Below, in pieces: positions 23,286 through 35,970 of a DNA stretch of 64,000 nt; positions within the stretch are counted from its first letter, which is position 1; every line of letters begins with the position of its first letter. The translations under genes were made by a program, and so were the position numbers. Source of the DNA: Vicugna vicugna (taxonomy: Eukaryota); NCBI GenBank assembly GCA_013265495.1, contig MU058531.1, positions 1,610,911 through 1,674,910 of the forward strand. Direction: 5' to 3'. Below the pieces are notes generated by a model. The model saw only the letters and a list, made by a program, of their open reading frames with translations. It was not told the DNA's origin and searched no databases.

Positions 23286-25327
23286 GACAATGGGAATCCT
23301 TGAAGGGGAATATTTAAGAACCAATTTAACAACTTATTTTCAAAAGAATTGCGACTCTTAGAACTACACAGAATTTGCAAGTTGGGAAAAAAAAAGCTGT
23401 CCCTTAGAGGATGAAACTTGAATCTAAAATTATCTGAACCAGGTCAGTGTTTCACTGGATGAAATGTAATTACAGTCCCTGCTGCTATCCAGGGAAGCCA
23501 AACCTCATATGGTTAGAAAATTGTGCATAAAGAGAAAAGTAAAAGATCTAGTGGTCAAGTTCTCTCAATGACCTCCTGCCCAAAGGCCCACCCAAAACAT
23601 CCATCAAAGAGAAACAACAGAAAATTGAGGCGTTTAAAGGAAACAAATGGCAGTACTCTGTATGCATCCTTCCCCTGATGGAGTGTTTCCCAGCTTCAGC
23701 CAATCAGAAGCATCACCTGGGGTATTTGCTCCCAGTCCTAGAGCTGCAGAGAGTTCATGGGGTGGAAGAACTCCAAGCATCTTCATTTCTAAACAGAAAT
23801 GATTTGGGAAACCCTGCTTTACTGCATTCATCTCCTTCCATTGCAGTTTAGACCTTAGAGTAAAGAGGAGTTAAGTGAGCACAGTAGATAGAGGTTGTAC
23901 TGCGAGAAGAACTGGGTAACACTGAGTAGCTGTAACCTGTCCTTCTCGAGTTTGAGTTTTTTCTGTAAAACAAGAATAATGAAAGCTTCTACGTAAGATT
24001 GTTACAGAGACTAGATAAAGTAAGGGACATGACTACCACTTGTAAACTGAACACAAATGTGATTTCCATAAATGCATTCATGGTGTCAAATCTGGCACTG
24101 GGCAAAGCCATTAAGATGTCCCTTGGGTTTTCCAGTGTGGAATTTTATCCCCCTTAGCAAGGAGGAGTTGGTAAACAAAAGGTCAAGTTGGAACAAAATC
24201 TGGCTATAAACCCAACTTTGCTTTTTTTGTTTGAGCCACTCTGGCAACCTTCCAAATCTGTTATCTCAACTGTAAAATGTGATGGTGATAACTCCTTGCT
24301 CCCCTCACAGACAGGCGGAGATGCTGCATAAATGATGGAATTTGGAGGTGTTCTGTGAACTCTAAAAGTCCATACACATTGTCTGATGCTCCCCTGTGCA
24401 AAAGCTGGGAAGGGCAAAGCATTAGTTTTCAGATCCAGTAATATCCCACCCCCGCCCCACCTCATTCCTGCCCTACGGGGCAAGAAGGCCGGCTGACAGG
24501 AGGACCTGTCAGAGGCGTGACTTTCCATCAGCAATTGAAGAAACACCAAGAATACTCAGAGTTCCTGGGGTGATCAGTCCCTTGGGGTGAGGTTGAGAGG
24601 GTGCTGCTCAGCAAAGAAGTTGGCCAGTTGCCCGCATGTCCAGCATCTTTGCAGGTTCCCAAGAGTTCAGTGATGGAAGGGGCTGCATGTTCTCCGCGGC
24701 GCTGCCGGCTGAAAGTATCAGTGCCCATCAGATTTCAAGAGTGGAACCATAGAATCTGCCTCGGAGGAACAGGGTTTGGATGCCTATAGAGTCGAGCACA
24801 CACAAACTAATTGAGGGACTAGGAATAGGGAAAGGCTTTACAGGGTGAAACTGTTCACAATGATTAGAAGTGGGGAAGTGAGGACAGCTGTCTGGGAAGA
24901 TAAAGGAGGTGAGCGATGGAGAGCAGAGACCACGAGCGGACAGGAGGCGAGCATCAGCGCTCATCAGTGGCACGTGGACAGATCAGCTGCTCCCGCTGTG
25001 ACCACTTCCGGGCAGGACTTCCAGAGAACCAAGGAGCCAGGCTCAGCAGTGAGATTACCAAGAGGTTGAACTATCGCCAAAGAATAGCCTCCAGACTCAT
25101 ATTTTTCAGATTTTTTCAAACCTTTCTTTTCCTACCAAATTTTACTCATTTAGAAACCAGCAGGAAATGTGATATATTTATTTACAAACCTAAGGGTAAC
25201 AATTCTTGCATACTTCCCTTTCACAATATATTAAACAGGATAAGCCTTGGGGGGAAAAAAACTATTAGGTACATCTTGGTTGGGGGGTGGTGAAGACATA
25301 TTTGTCAAGGAAACTATTGCTTTAAAT

Positions 25328-25517
25328 TAGTGGTTCTCAAACTTCAGGTAACATCAGAATCCCTTGGAGGACTTGTTAAAACACTCAGTGCTGGGCTGCA
25401 CCCTGAGTTTCTGATTCATCAGGCCTGGAGTGAGGTCTGAGAATTTCCATCTCCAGCAAGCTCCCCGGGTGATGCCAAGGCTGCTGGTCTGCCAACCATA
25501 CTTTGAGAGCCACTGCC
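25328..25517 (+). mobile_element. MER5A hAT-Charlie MITE, full length
   Basis: Terminal inverted repeats tagtggttctcaaa / tttgagagccactg; about 190 bp. Confidence 0.85.
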
Positions 25518-26064
25518 CTAGCTAACTGGGATCTTCGAGAGGAAGAGAAATGAAAATGCAGAGTCTTTGGTGGCAAATGCATTTCTTCATCAACAGCCTT
25601 CCCATCTTTCAGCCTGAAGTTCAGAAATGTCACTCTTCCCAAGCACATCACCGGGCTCACTAGTCAGTTTCTCACTGTGTAGAAACAGTCATAGAAACAC
25701 TAAGGGTTATCAGAAAATGGAATCCTAGAGTGGTTCACTGACCTAGAACCGTAGCATGTGATGGAGGTAACTTGGATGCTGTTAGGGGCTGGTGACATTA
25801 AGATCTATCCTCTGCAGGGACAGGCCTGTCAAGGGCAAGAAACACAGAACCACCTCCCCTGGACAATACTTCCCAGGTGTAGTATCTAAATCTGTTCTCT
25901 GAATCCATGTTAGAGAATTCATCATTCATTTAATCACTCAGGAAATAAGCCCTCTCAGTACTATAAAGAATCTCCTTTCTGAAGAGACAGGCTTTCTTAG
26001 ATTGGGAAAATTCCAGATCATTGCGTCTGACAGAAAAATAATGCAAGGCTCATATAGCTTTAAA

Positions 26065-26280
26065 TCTAAAAAGTAAAAACTTAATTTAAATACTGTGTTT
26101 TATTTAATCTCATACAAAATATCATTTTAACATGTAGGCAGGCACTGTGGAAAAAAATTGAAATTTTTACATTCTGCCAAGTCTTTGCAATCCAGATGTG
26201 CTGTAATCAGCACATCTCAAGACATTTCAACTTCTCAATAGACACCTATGGCCAGTGGCTACCTCGTTAGAGCAATTCCA
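26065..26280 (+). mobile_element. MER33/MER3-like hAT MITE
   Basis: cagcacatctcaagacatttcaacttctcaatagacacctatggccagtggctacctcgttag matches the recalled family end. Confidence 0.7.
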
Positions 26281-26341
26281 GATGATTTTTTTTTCCTGTA
26301 AGATCAAAGGCAAATCCAGCTTACCAACACCAACTACTTTT

Positions 26342-26478
26342 GTACTACTTTTTATTTTTTAGGGATGAGGTAATTCAGTTTCTTTTCTTTTTTTTTTTTT
26401 ATTAAAGGGAGGGACTGGGGATTGAACCCAGGACTTCATGAATGCCAAAGCATACACTCTACCCCTGAGTTATACCCT
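26342..26478 (-). mobile_element. Vic-1-type SINE with perfect 17-bp target-site duplication
   Basis: Antisense tRNA head actggggattgaacccagg...; TSD CAACACCAACTACTTTT at 26325-26341 and 26479-26495. Confidence 0.95.
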
Positions 26479-26564
26479 CAACACCAACTACTTTTAATGA
26501 TTATTTTTCCCTGTACCATTAAGCTCCATCAGACTCCCAAGACTCTCCCTACCTCTAGCTGCCC

Positions 26565-27025
26565 GTGAGAGTGGCTCTCTGTCCAGAGAATAATTGGTCC
26601 CAAGTGTCCATTCTCCTCCTCTTCCACAGTAGTGGCAACTTTAGCTGGACACGTGGCTACCCAGCATGAACACGACATTTTCCCTTGCAGCTAGATGAGG
26701 CCATGAAACTACTTCGTGGTCAATGAAATGTAAACATAAACTCTTGCAGCACCTTCTAGGAACCTTCTTTCAGAAAGCTTTTCCCACCTCAACTTCCTTC
26801 CTTCTTCCTTGTGGCTGGAATGCAAACCAGATGTCTGGAATTACTGCCACCATCTCATCCCATGAGGTGACCTTGGAAATGGAGGCCACAGTACCCTGGA
26901 GATTTAGCAGAGCAGAGCCTCTGTCCTGTCTTTAAAGCAAAAGAGAGATTATCTTCTACCGCGCTCAAGCCAATGTTGTTTTTCCAACTGTTAACAGCTG
27001 AACTGAACTTGTTATATATCTAACT
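26565..27025 (+). mobile_element. MaLR solo LTR, MLT1J/I-like
   Basis: ttcccttgcagctagatgaggccatg...ttcttccttgtggctggaatgca...ccatgaggtgaccttg. Confidence 0.65.
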
Positions 27026-30000
27026 CCCATGCCCACGTATTCATCCCTGGCTTGAAAACCTGTCCCAGGTGGAGCTTCCTGGGAAGGAGAAAGGTAATGT
27101 GCATTTTTAGCACAAAATAAAGCTAATAGCAATAAATGGAGTAGATTTAACAGGACTTATGTGACATTCTTACCCTCTTTAATGCTCACAATCCCCATGT
27201 ATAAATAAGGAAATTTTTTAAAATATTAAATGACTTTTCCATGATCATGTTGCTAGGAGATGGTGAAGCCAGGATTTGAATCCAGGTCTGGATGGCTTCA
27301 TAAACCATGTTCTTTGCTAGATGGATTCCCATTGGTAGATTCTGGTCCACACAGCAGGAGAGAGAGTGGGACACATGTCCAGTTTTACAAAGTCTACAGA
27401 AGTTCTGGATTCAAACTCGACTTCATACCCTTACCCCAGCAAGAGTCAATCAATCAGTAAAAATGTGAGTCAGCAGTGTTCTTCCCACTCTATAAGGTAC
27501 TCCAGGGGGATGAGGCATGGTCCTTTAAGCCAGTGCCTCTAAAATTCAGCTCCCTTGGAGGGCTTTTGCATCTGTCCAGCTGTCCTTTTTGTCATCACCT
27601 TAGCACTCGAAGGATTTAAAAAAAAAATGATTTACCTGGAGTAAAACATTTGATTTTTTGCATTTTTAATAAGTATGTATTAAATACACATCATTTTAAG
27701 AATGATGGAATCGAGAATGACTTTGGGTGGCAGGGAGTGGGCAGAGCCTTTTAAAAGAGCAATCTTGAGCCAGAAGTCAGAAGAACTTTCTTTTTATCAA
27801 TCCCAGCTCTTTCTCAGAAGATGGAGAATGCAAAAGACAAGGAGTAGAACTCCATAGGGAAATCAGGGGAAGGATACATGCCTCTCAAATTCAAATCTGT
27901 TGGCAGTAAAAACTGGAAACACCTGGCTTCAAGTACACCAAGTACATCGGCTTCACCAAGAACCTCAGCGAAGGGGACCAAACGAAAAAGATGTGTGAAG
28001 GATGACAGAGCTTCCTGTCCACAGGACAATGCACCCTGCAGCACAGCCTAAACCTCAGAAGAGTCCTGGTCCTCCTTTACCCTCTGAACAGCCACCAGTC
28101 AGCCTGCTCCCTGCGATGTGGTGTGGGCTTGGTGCCATCTAAGCGCCAGAGGTTGGAAGCCAGGAGCGTTGTAAGGGACTCTGTGAATGCGCTCCCCCAA
28201 ATCAAAAGAACATTCCTGCCATGGCAAAGAAGACCAAGATCCCTGACACTCAAAAAGAAAATCAAAGGCAGACAAAGGGGAACATCTCTAGAAAGGGCTA
28301 AGAAAAAAATATGCTCCTGAGGGGACCCTCCGGAAATTGCTCCTGTCCCCCAAGGAGGGAGCGCCAGCACTAGATGAGTCTTCCTGAGGGAGCTCAGACC
28401 GGTGCAGTAGCAGCTTCAGCTTGGAGGCTGTGTTGGCCTCCTGGACCAGGACTGCAGCTGAGGCCGGGAAGATGGGGGCAGCGGAATTGTTACAGGAGAC
28501 TTCTGGTGTCCAGCCATGAGGCTATGGTCTATGAGGGAAGTCTCCCCGCAGCCAAAGGTGACTGGGCACACTTGCAATTAGATGGTGGACGAGGCTGGGT
28601 TCCTGAGAAACAAGGGAGAGTGGGTACCTGCTGCTTGTTCCCTGCCTGCAGTTTTCCAGTGGGTTGTGTCCCATGTGTTCAGAGGCACAGTGTGTTAATA
28701 AAACGCCTCCAGGGAGATGAGGGCACCAGGGGAAAGAGCACATCTGTGGTTGTCGCGATGGTGGAAAGGTTACTACAATCAGCTCTCTGGCAGCTGAACT
28801 CCGGTCCTCTCCACATCCTCCATACTTCGTGCTTCCAGGGCCTGGGCTGGTGGGCTCTGGGCTGGAGGGCTGCAGATGATGCCCACAGACCCCAAAGGTG
28901 TCTTCTTTGGGTTGGGATACAGAGACTCATGCTTAAAAAGGGGGAAAACATTTCATTAGTTACCATTCATTCCAGTTAAGAAGATGAAAACGTCGTTGGT
29001 ACTACCAGATGTTTTCCCTTTGAAATAGTAGAAACGGCTTCAACGGCTTCTAATGGGAACGTCTTCAGCTGAGCCTTGTGGAGGAGTTGAGTGAAGAAGC
29101 AGCAGCAGTTTGCCTCCAGCCTGGATTTTCCCTCTTCGGAATGCAGACTGCCTTGGGATCTGCTCTTGTCTGACAGTAAGTGCGATGCCTTCGAACTGTT
29201 GAGTATTTTAAACCAAAGACAAATCTGCTGTTCTCTTCCTCCCTCCTCAAAACACAGAACTTTTAATTTGGAAACTGTTGTTTTGTATTGTTTTTCTAAG
29301 TAACCTGAGGTTTTTGTGGTTTGGTTCCAGGCTAAAACCACAGGGCTCTTTGCAATAGTATTTCCACTTGTAACTGCTTTGTATATTTCAGCTGCTTAAA
29401 AATGTTGAAGGCTGCTTCCCAGTCATAACTCCGTAATATGTAGAATTTAAAATGTGTATGTAGAATAACTCATCAACTCTTGTATTTAAGGGACCATACT
29501 CATTGCATGCAAATTATTGTTCATTAATGGTCTGAACTCCAAGTAGGTTTAAGCCAAAAAGCATGATTTTCTTTTGCATGATTCGTTTTTAATTTTTGTC
29601 TGTACTACTTAAATTTATAAGAAGCATATTTATGGGAGCGCAGCCTGAAGGCAGCTGGGCTGCATTAGGAATCCTGCAACAGTCTTCTCCACAAGAAGCA
29701 CTGCCTTTTACAGGATTCTCTGAGAGGAGGATGTGATACTGCTGTGTCAGGTTCATCTCAGAATGCTTAAAGCAAATACTTACAATCAATGGTGGTACAG
29801 GGATGCCTGCAGCTCATGCCTGAAAAATTATACAAATTCCTGGAAGTTTATCAATTCTGCTAGAAATCAGCAAACCTAAAGAGGAGCTGATAGAGCAAAC
29901 AAACAGCAGAAATAATAAAGTAGGTGTAAATAATGTTCTCACTGCTAGGAAGTGGAAGATGCCAGCACACTTCCAGGCATCTTTTATATGAGAGGAATAA

Positions 30001-32825
30001 ATATCTCTGTTTAAGGCAGTTTTAAGGAATAAATAACTGCTTACGGTGCTTTCTGTTATATGTAGCTGAAATTAATTATAACTGTTACATTTACCCAGTT
30101 AAAGGGATTTCTGAGGCCACTTTTAGTTCAAGCCCCAATCCAAAAACCAGGGAAATACACCCTGGTAGATATAAACAATTATAATTGTAATGTACTCTTC
30201 CCGGTGTGCATCAGAGAAAGAAAAAAATCAGTGACCATCTGAAATACAAAAGGTATGTCCCAGCAAAAAAATCCCACAAGATATTTCCCAGTGTTCTAAG
30301 GACTTCTAAAGATATAATGACTGTTTTTTTCCCCTGATCCCCAAAATTGACATGCAGGAAGTGGTAAATATGAATGCACTTAAATTTTCAATAGGACTGT
30401 AGGAAAAAGTTATTTCACTCATTGTTCTTTTAAAAGCCATTTATTAAGCTCAGGGAGCTACACAGATGAAAAGGTGAGCCCTACCCTCTGAGAGGCTCCC
30501 TGTCTACTGAAAGAGGCTCACAAAGAAACAGCTTCTGGTGCCCCCATTGTGGGAGTGCTGAAGCCAAAGGGAGCACAGCAGAGGGCACCCTACCTAGTGT
30601 TGAGGGAGAAGGGAAGGCTTCCTGGAGGAGGTGATGCCTGAGTGAGTCCTAAAAGTTAAGAAATGTCCCTGGAAAAATCTGGGTAGGCGGTACAGGGAGA
30701 GAAAGCCCAGGGCGTGCTGGGAGAACTTGAAGCAGCGTGGTGTGGTTGAAACATGGGGAAGGGGTGAGGCCACTGTGGTGTATGGGAGCCATTTTACAAA
30801 GGCCTGGCACTTTGGTGTCTTGATCGTCTAGAAAGCTCCGGGGAGTATGGAGGCCTTTTAAAAAGGAAGTACCACGTGAATGGTGGTAGTTTAGAAAGAT
30901 CTCTAAGATGCTGTTCCCTGGGTGAGCTCTCCGACCCCTCCTGCTCTAACATGATGCATCAAGGAACTGGTGCAGTTCTTAAAAAGTAACAGTAACTTCT
31001 GGATCTAGACTGATAGGAACTTGCAAGTAACCCTTGCCCTCATTTGGAAAGTTAACTTGGCTCCCTGAACGTTCATGCCTGACTCCAACCTCCTGGGACG
31101 TGCCTGATGGATGGTCCTAAATGGGAAAAAGAAGATTCCTTTTGCATACCAGTTCAAACGAAAGCCAGGACTGGAGCTGAGAAGAGGTTAAAGCTCAGGA
31201 TTGGGGATTAATCAAGGGGTAGTATGTTAGTATGTTATCAGCCCAGTGGTTGCAGCACTCACCTCACCAGGTTCCTCTAGAGAATTTTCTTCATATTTGA
31301 ACATTATCTGCAGAGTTTAGGGGGTTTCCAGGGCGTGGAACTGGGGTTGGAGCCCATCTTCCCTCACCCCTTCCACTAGCACTGGCCAAAGGTGGTAGCC
31401 TTGCTTCAGCACCCAATATAGTACTCAATACATGGTAGGTACTCGAGAAATAGTTGTGAAATAAACAAATGTCAGCTAATCGTGATCTGCGTATATGATA
31501 ACACCAAATATGTTAACCATGTGTTCTAAGCATTTTACAAGTATTCTTTCTTAAAACATTAAAAAGGGATAATAATATATCTTCTATACAGACAAGAAAA
31601 GTTAGGCACAGGGAGGTTAAGTGATTTGTCTAAGGTCACACAGCTATTAATATAGACCTTATTAACAAAAAGTTAAATGAATACTAGTTTTTCTGGTTCC
31701 TTTGAGACCCCATTCTTTTTTCAGTTTGGGGTACTTTTAGGTTTGGCTTGTTGATAAGGTAGCATTATTAACAGATAAAGGTAAACTTGTTCATCTTCTG
31801 GATTGGCATTACAATTCAAACACTGGAAGAAGGGAAAGACTGGAGTGAGAGAAAACCCTAAAACCCTCCCCTGAAGTCCCATTACTCTTAATGGGACCCA
31901 CACACCCAGCCTTGGCCTATCTGATCAGGCTCCAAACCTCGTTCCTCTGGTCACCAAGGTCTCCATTACACTGGCCCGCTTTCTGCTCTTCAGAAAGTGT
32001 GCCAAGTGTGCACCCTCCTCACAGACGATGCACCTGCTCTCCCCACTGCTGGACATACTCTTGCCCAGGTTTTCTCCTGGCTCGGCAACTTCTTGTGGTT
32101 CAGGTCACTTATTGATGTGTTTCTGGAGCCTCTAGCCTAAAGTCAGATGTCCCCAGTGCCCTCCCCACCTCTATCTGACCAGTCATTCTCTCTCTATCAC
32201 GTGAGCCTGCTTTGTTTTCTTCACAGCACTTATCACTAGCAGAAGTCATTTTTGTTTGCTTGTGCCCTAATTTCACCCTCCCACTTGAGAATATAAAATT
32301 CACGAGATGGATCAGGGACGTTGGCCACACAGAGGAGTGCAGTTCATCTTTGTTGAATGACAAATGATTCCACAAATTGCAAGCACTGGTCAGCACAAGT
32401 CTTAGGAGAAAAGGAAGCTCAGATCTCCGTGCACCCGTTAACTCAGTGCCTGAATCACGCAGGACAGAACACACAGGCCCTGGGGCAGCTGCATCAAAGG
32501 TTCTCTGACAACACCCCGTCACCCTCAAAGTCTTCCAAAGGCCCCCTCCTTGAAAATCTGAGGGGTCAGATTGGGAGCCTCAGGCATGAGGCAGACGACT
32601 GTGAAATCAAATCAGGAGAAGGCTGAGCAGCACTGAGGACGCTGGAAATCTGTGGGGCTGCTCCCAAGGTTCTTGGGGGAAAAGAGTTGGTACCTACTCT
32701 GGTTATCAACAGGGAAGGCTGTTGCTGTTCCAGTTTTATGTACTGGGTCTAGCATAAGATTTCACATGAAAAAGACTTCACATAAAAAAAGTTCCTTTAA
32801 TTAAAAAAAATAGTTTGGAAACCAT

Positions 32826-33099
32826 TTTTTAAAATATAGTTGATTTGCAGTGCTATATTAGTTTTAGGTATATGACTCAATGATTCAGTATTTTTATAGA
32901 TCATACTCCATTTAAAGTTTTTACAAAATAATGGCTATACGTCCCTGTGCTATGCAACATATCCTGGTTGCATACGTAGTTTTGTGCCTCTTAATCCCAG
33001 AGCCCTATCTTGCCCCTCCCCCCTCCCGCCTCCCCGCTTCCTTCTTCCCTCCAGTAACCACTAGTTTGTTCTCTATAGCTTCGAATCTGTTTCTGTTTT
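32826..33099 (-). mobile_element. 5'-truncated LINE-1 3' end with perfect 13-bp TSD
   Basis: Antisense L1 3' UTR; TSD GTTTGGAAACCAT at 32813-32825 and 33100-33112. Confidence 0.9.
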
Positions 33100-34704
33100 G
33101 TTTGGAAACCATCTCTTTCAAGAATTTCTCCTCATAGGGTACAGAGTGAAAGTGCTAGAGGAAAAAAAATTTTTTTTTATTTATACTGAAATCTTTCTCA
33201 ATATTCAGAATAAATATTTTAAATGTTGTCCATCCCAGGTAGGAATTTGAAAGCTTCAGGGACAAGCACCCTGCCTGTAGGCCCAGGGAGCTGAACACAT
33301 TTGCCCCTCTGTCCACCCTTTGCTCCTCCCCAGGTGGCACCCAGCCCTGTCCACTCCAGACAAAGCACGTTAGAAATGTGGGGTGCTTAAACGTGCTACT
33401 GACATGGGTAATTTTCCTGCAGGAAGAGAAACCAGGGAAATAATTGCCCTGGAAATAAATCAGTGGGCATCCTACGCCCAAACCCCAGCGGGCGCCCACG
33501 CCTTGTTGGTGTACAGTAATGACATGCTCCCTAGACACTGACAACGCACCAGCATTCCAGAAGGCTTTGGTGAAAAGTCTGCTCACGGCCATCACAATGG
33601 TTTGGACTGTTTAGCTGAAAATAAACTCCTTCCTCTCATTTGCACTTCATGCCTTCAAGCTCCCAAGGTGCCACTTCCCCTGCTGGGGGAGGGGGAGAGT
33701 GGCCAGGATTTTGTAGCAATGCTCCCCAGCAACTCAGGCCCAGAAGCACCAAGCAGCCGCCCCCACACCCCTGCATGGTGACTGTCACCTCACTGCTGCT
33801 AGGCAAGAAATAACTGGTGGCGCTGGAACACGGCCAGGATTCGGCAGGATGCAGAACAAGCATCTAAACATCGGGCCTTGGTGCCAACAGCTGAGCGCTG
33901 ATCATGGTGGGGTAGGTACGACGGGCCACCACGAAGCTCAGTGTGACCTCAGAATGCAGGATGCCCTGCCTGTGCCTGGGCTCCCACTCGCTTGGTTTCC
34001 ATGCCTCTTGGATGCCAGTCTTCCTACATACCAGCCTCATGCCAGGGCAGCAGCAGGAAGGTGTTAGGTGACATTCATATCCTGTAAGGGATACAGGTCG
34101 TGACTGCACATCACCCACAAGTTGGATGGTGACAGTCGCAGCTATATTTAGGGAAAGAGATTAGCACAGCCCTCAATGGGTACTGCAAGTACTGGCACAG
34201 GGGCACTTCCATCGTGCCAGAGAGCCTATTAGCAATGTAGAGCTTGTCCCAGGCCAGCTGCAGAAACCATCACTTTCGCCTGAGCCAGGGAGAGGACAGC
34301 ATCTGCTGTTGCAAGGGCCACACCCTTGTGGTCAGGCAAACGACTGGTGGACTGAATCCAAAGATCTGTGTGTCTGAATCTTCTGTTGAAGATTGCCCCA
34401 CCACCCGACCCTCAGTCACTAAATTGTCACTGTGGAAGCCCAGCGACAGCCCTAGTCCTGAGGCTGCATGTGTGCCACTTGGGGGTGGGGAGGGAAGGCT
34501 TTAAGTGGAGTACCTACCACTTTCAGAAGCAGGGGCAGGCATCCTGTATCACGAGGGGCATCAAGAGACCAAGTGGCCCAGGCCTCAGTTCATAAAGGGC
34601 CTCAAATTTAGAATTTTGAAATACTCCGCTAAAGAAATTACATATACAGTCACCGAGATCCCCTGACAAGAGTGAAAAAAAAATGATATTCAAGATAAAA
34701 TTTA

Positions 34705-34861
34705 GGAGGGGAGGGGAGGGTATAGGTCAAGTGGTAGAGTGCATGCTTAGCATGCATGAGGCCCTGGGTTCAATCCCCAGTACCTCTGTTAAAGAAATAA
34801 TTAAATAAGTAAAAATCTAATTACCTTCAAACCCCCCCAAATTAAACTGAAAAAAAAAAAA
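34705..34861 (+). mobile_element. Vic-1-type SINE, full length
   Basis: tRNA-Ala-like head (gcatgcttagcatgcatg, ctgggttcaatccccag), tail ...aaatctaattaccttc..., poly(A); degenerate TSD aagataaaattta / aagatacaacttta. Confidence 0.95.
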
Positions 34862-35027
34862 GATACAACTTTAAATTAGCATCCTCTTATGACCTCACAG
34901 AGCCATTATGGAAAACAGTATGGAAGGTCTTCAAAGAACTAAAAATAAGAGTTACCATATGATCCAGCAATCCCACTCTTGAACATATATCCAGAAAAGA
35001 TGAAAACTGTATTTGGAAAAGATACAT

Positions 35028-35208
35028 NNNNNNNNNNNNNNNNNNNNNNNNNNNNNNNNNNNNNNNNNNNNNNNNNNNNNNNNNNNNNNNNNNNNNNNNN
35101 NNNNNNNNNNNNNNNNNNNNNNNNNNNNNNNNNNNNNNNNNNNNNNNNNNNNNNNNNNNNNNNNNNNNNNNNNNNNNNNNNNNNNNNNNNNNNNNNNNNN
35201 NNNNNNNN
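35028..35208. other. N-run (181 nt) inside L1
   Basis: Direct count. Confidence 0.99.
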
Positions 35209-35467
35209 GTGAAGCAAATCAGACAAAGACAAATATCATATGATATTTCTTATATGTGGAATCTAAAAAACAATACAAGTGAATTTATTTTTAAAACAGA
35301 AACAGACTCAGAAAAACTTATGATTGCCAAAGGGAAAGGCAAGGGGTCAGGCTAAATTAGGAGTATGGGTTTAACAGATATACACTACAATATATAAAAC
35401 AGATAACCAACAAGGACCTACTGTAGAGCACAGGGAACTGTATTCAGTATCTTGTAATAAGCTATAG

Positions 35468-35600
35468 NNNNNNNNNNNNNNNNNNNNNNNNNNNNNNNNN
35501 NNNNNNNNNNNNNNNNNNNNNNNNNNNNNNNNNNNNNNNNNNNNNNNNNNNNNNNNNNNNNNNNNNNNNNNNNNNNNNNNNNNNNNNNNNNNNNNNNNNN
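35468..35600. other. N-run (133 nt) inside L1
   Basis: Direct count. Confidence 0.99.
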
Positions 35601-35699
35601 CGCCTGAAACTAACACAACACTGAATCAACTATACTTCAATTTAAAAAAAAGAAATTAGTAGTCTCTTACTAGATGACACTGCTTGAAATACATTAGAA

Positions 35700-35970
35700 G
35701 AATAATGATAAAAATGACTGGCACATACATAACGTGTGGCGCATACTGTTCTAGGAGTCTAGTTACTCTTATAAGACTTGCATTTAATCCTCACAAAACC
35801 GCTAGAAAGAAATACTGCTTTGCCCATTTTATAGACTAAAAACTGAGGTATAGAAAGACCAAAACACACGCCCAAGATCACACAGCCCATAAGATCACAC
35901 AGCTGGTAAGTGCGAGGATTTGAACTCAGGCTGTCTGAGCTTCAGGGTCCCTGTGCTTAACTACTATACA
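35700..35970 (-). mobile_element. MIR SINE
   Basis: catttaatcctcacaaaacc...cccattttatagactaaaaactgagg...ggatttgaactcagg. Confidence 0.75.

Larger units (their letters stand above)
34890..35652 (+). mobile_element. LINE-1 3' end containing two N-runs
   Basis: gccattatggaaaacagtatggaag...ccagcaatcccactc...; TSD aaattagcatcctctta (34873-34889) / aaattagtagtctctta (35653-35669). Confidence 0.92.

Noticed and set aside
24698-24713. REST/RE1-like site (GGCGCTGCC...GCTGAA)
   Set aside because: Both half-sites are degenerate and the spacing is non-canonical.
28374-28979. 201-aa ORF, the longest outside PPP1R3C
   Set aside because: No recognisable domain, Trp/Cys/Leu-rich random-like composition, no splice or poly(A) support.
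34939-35616. ORFs running through N-runs (also at 58378-58702 and 62772-63056)
   Set aside because: Artefacts of X translation across unknown bases.
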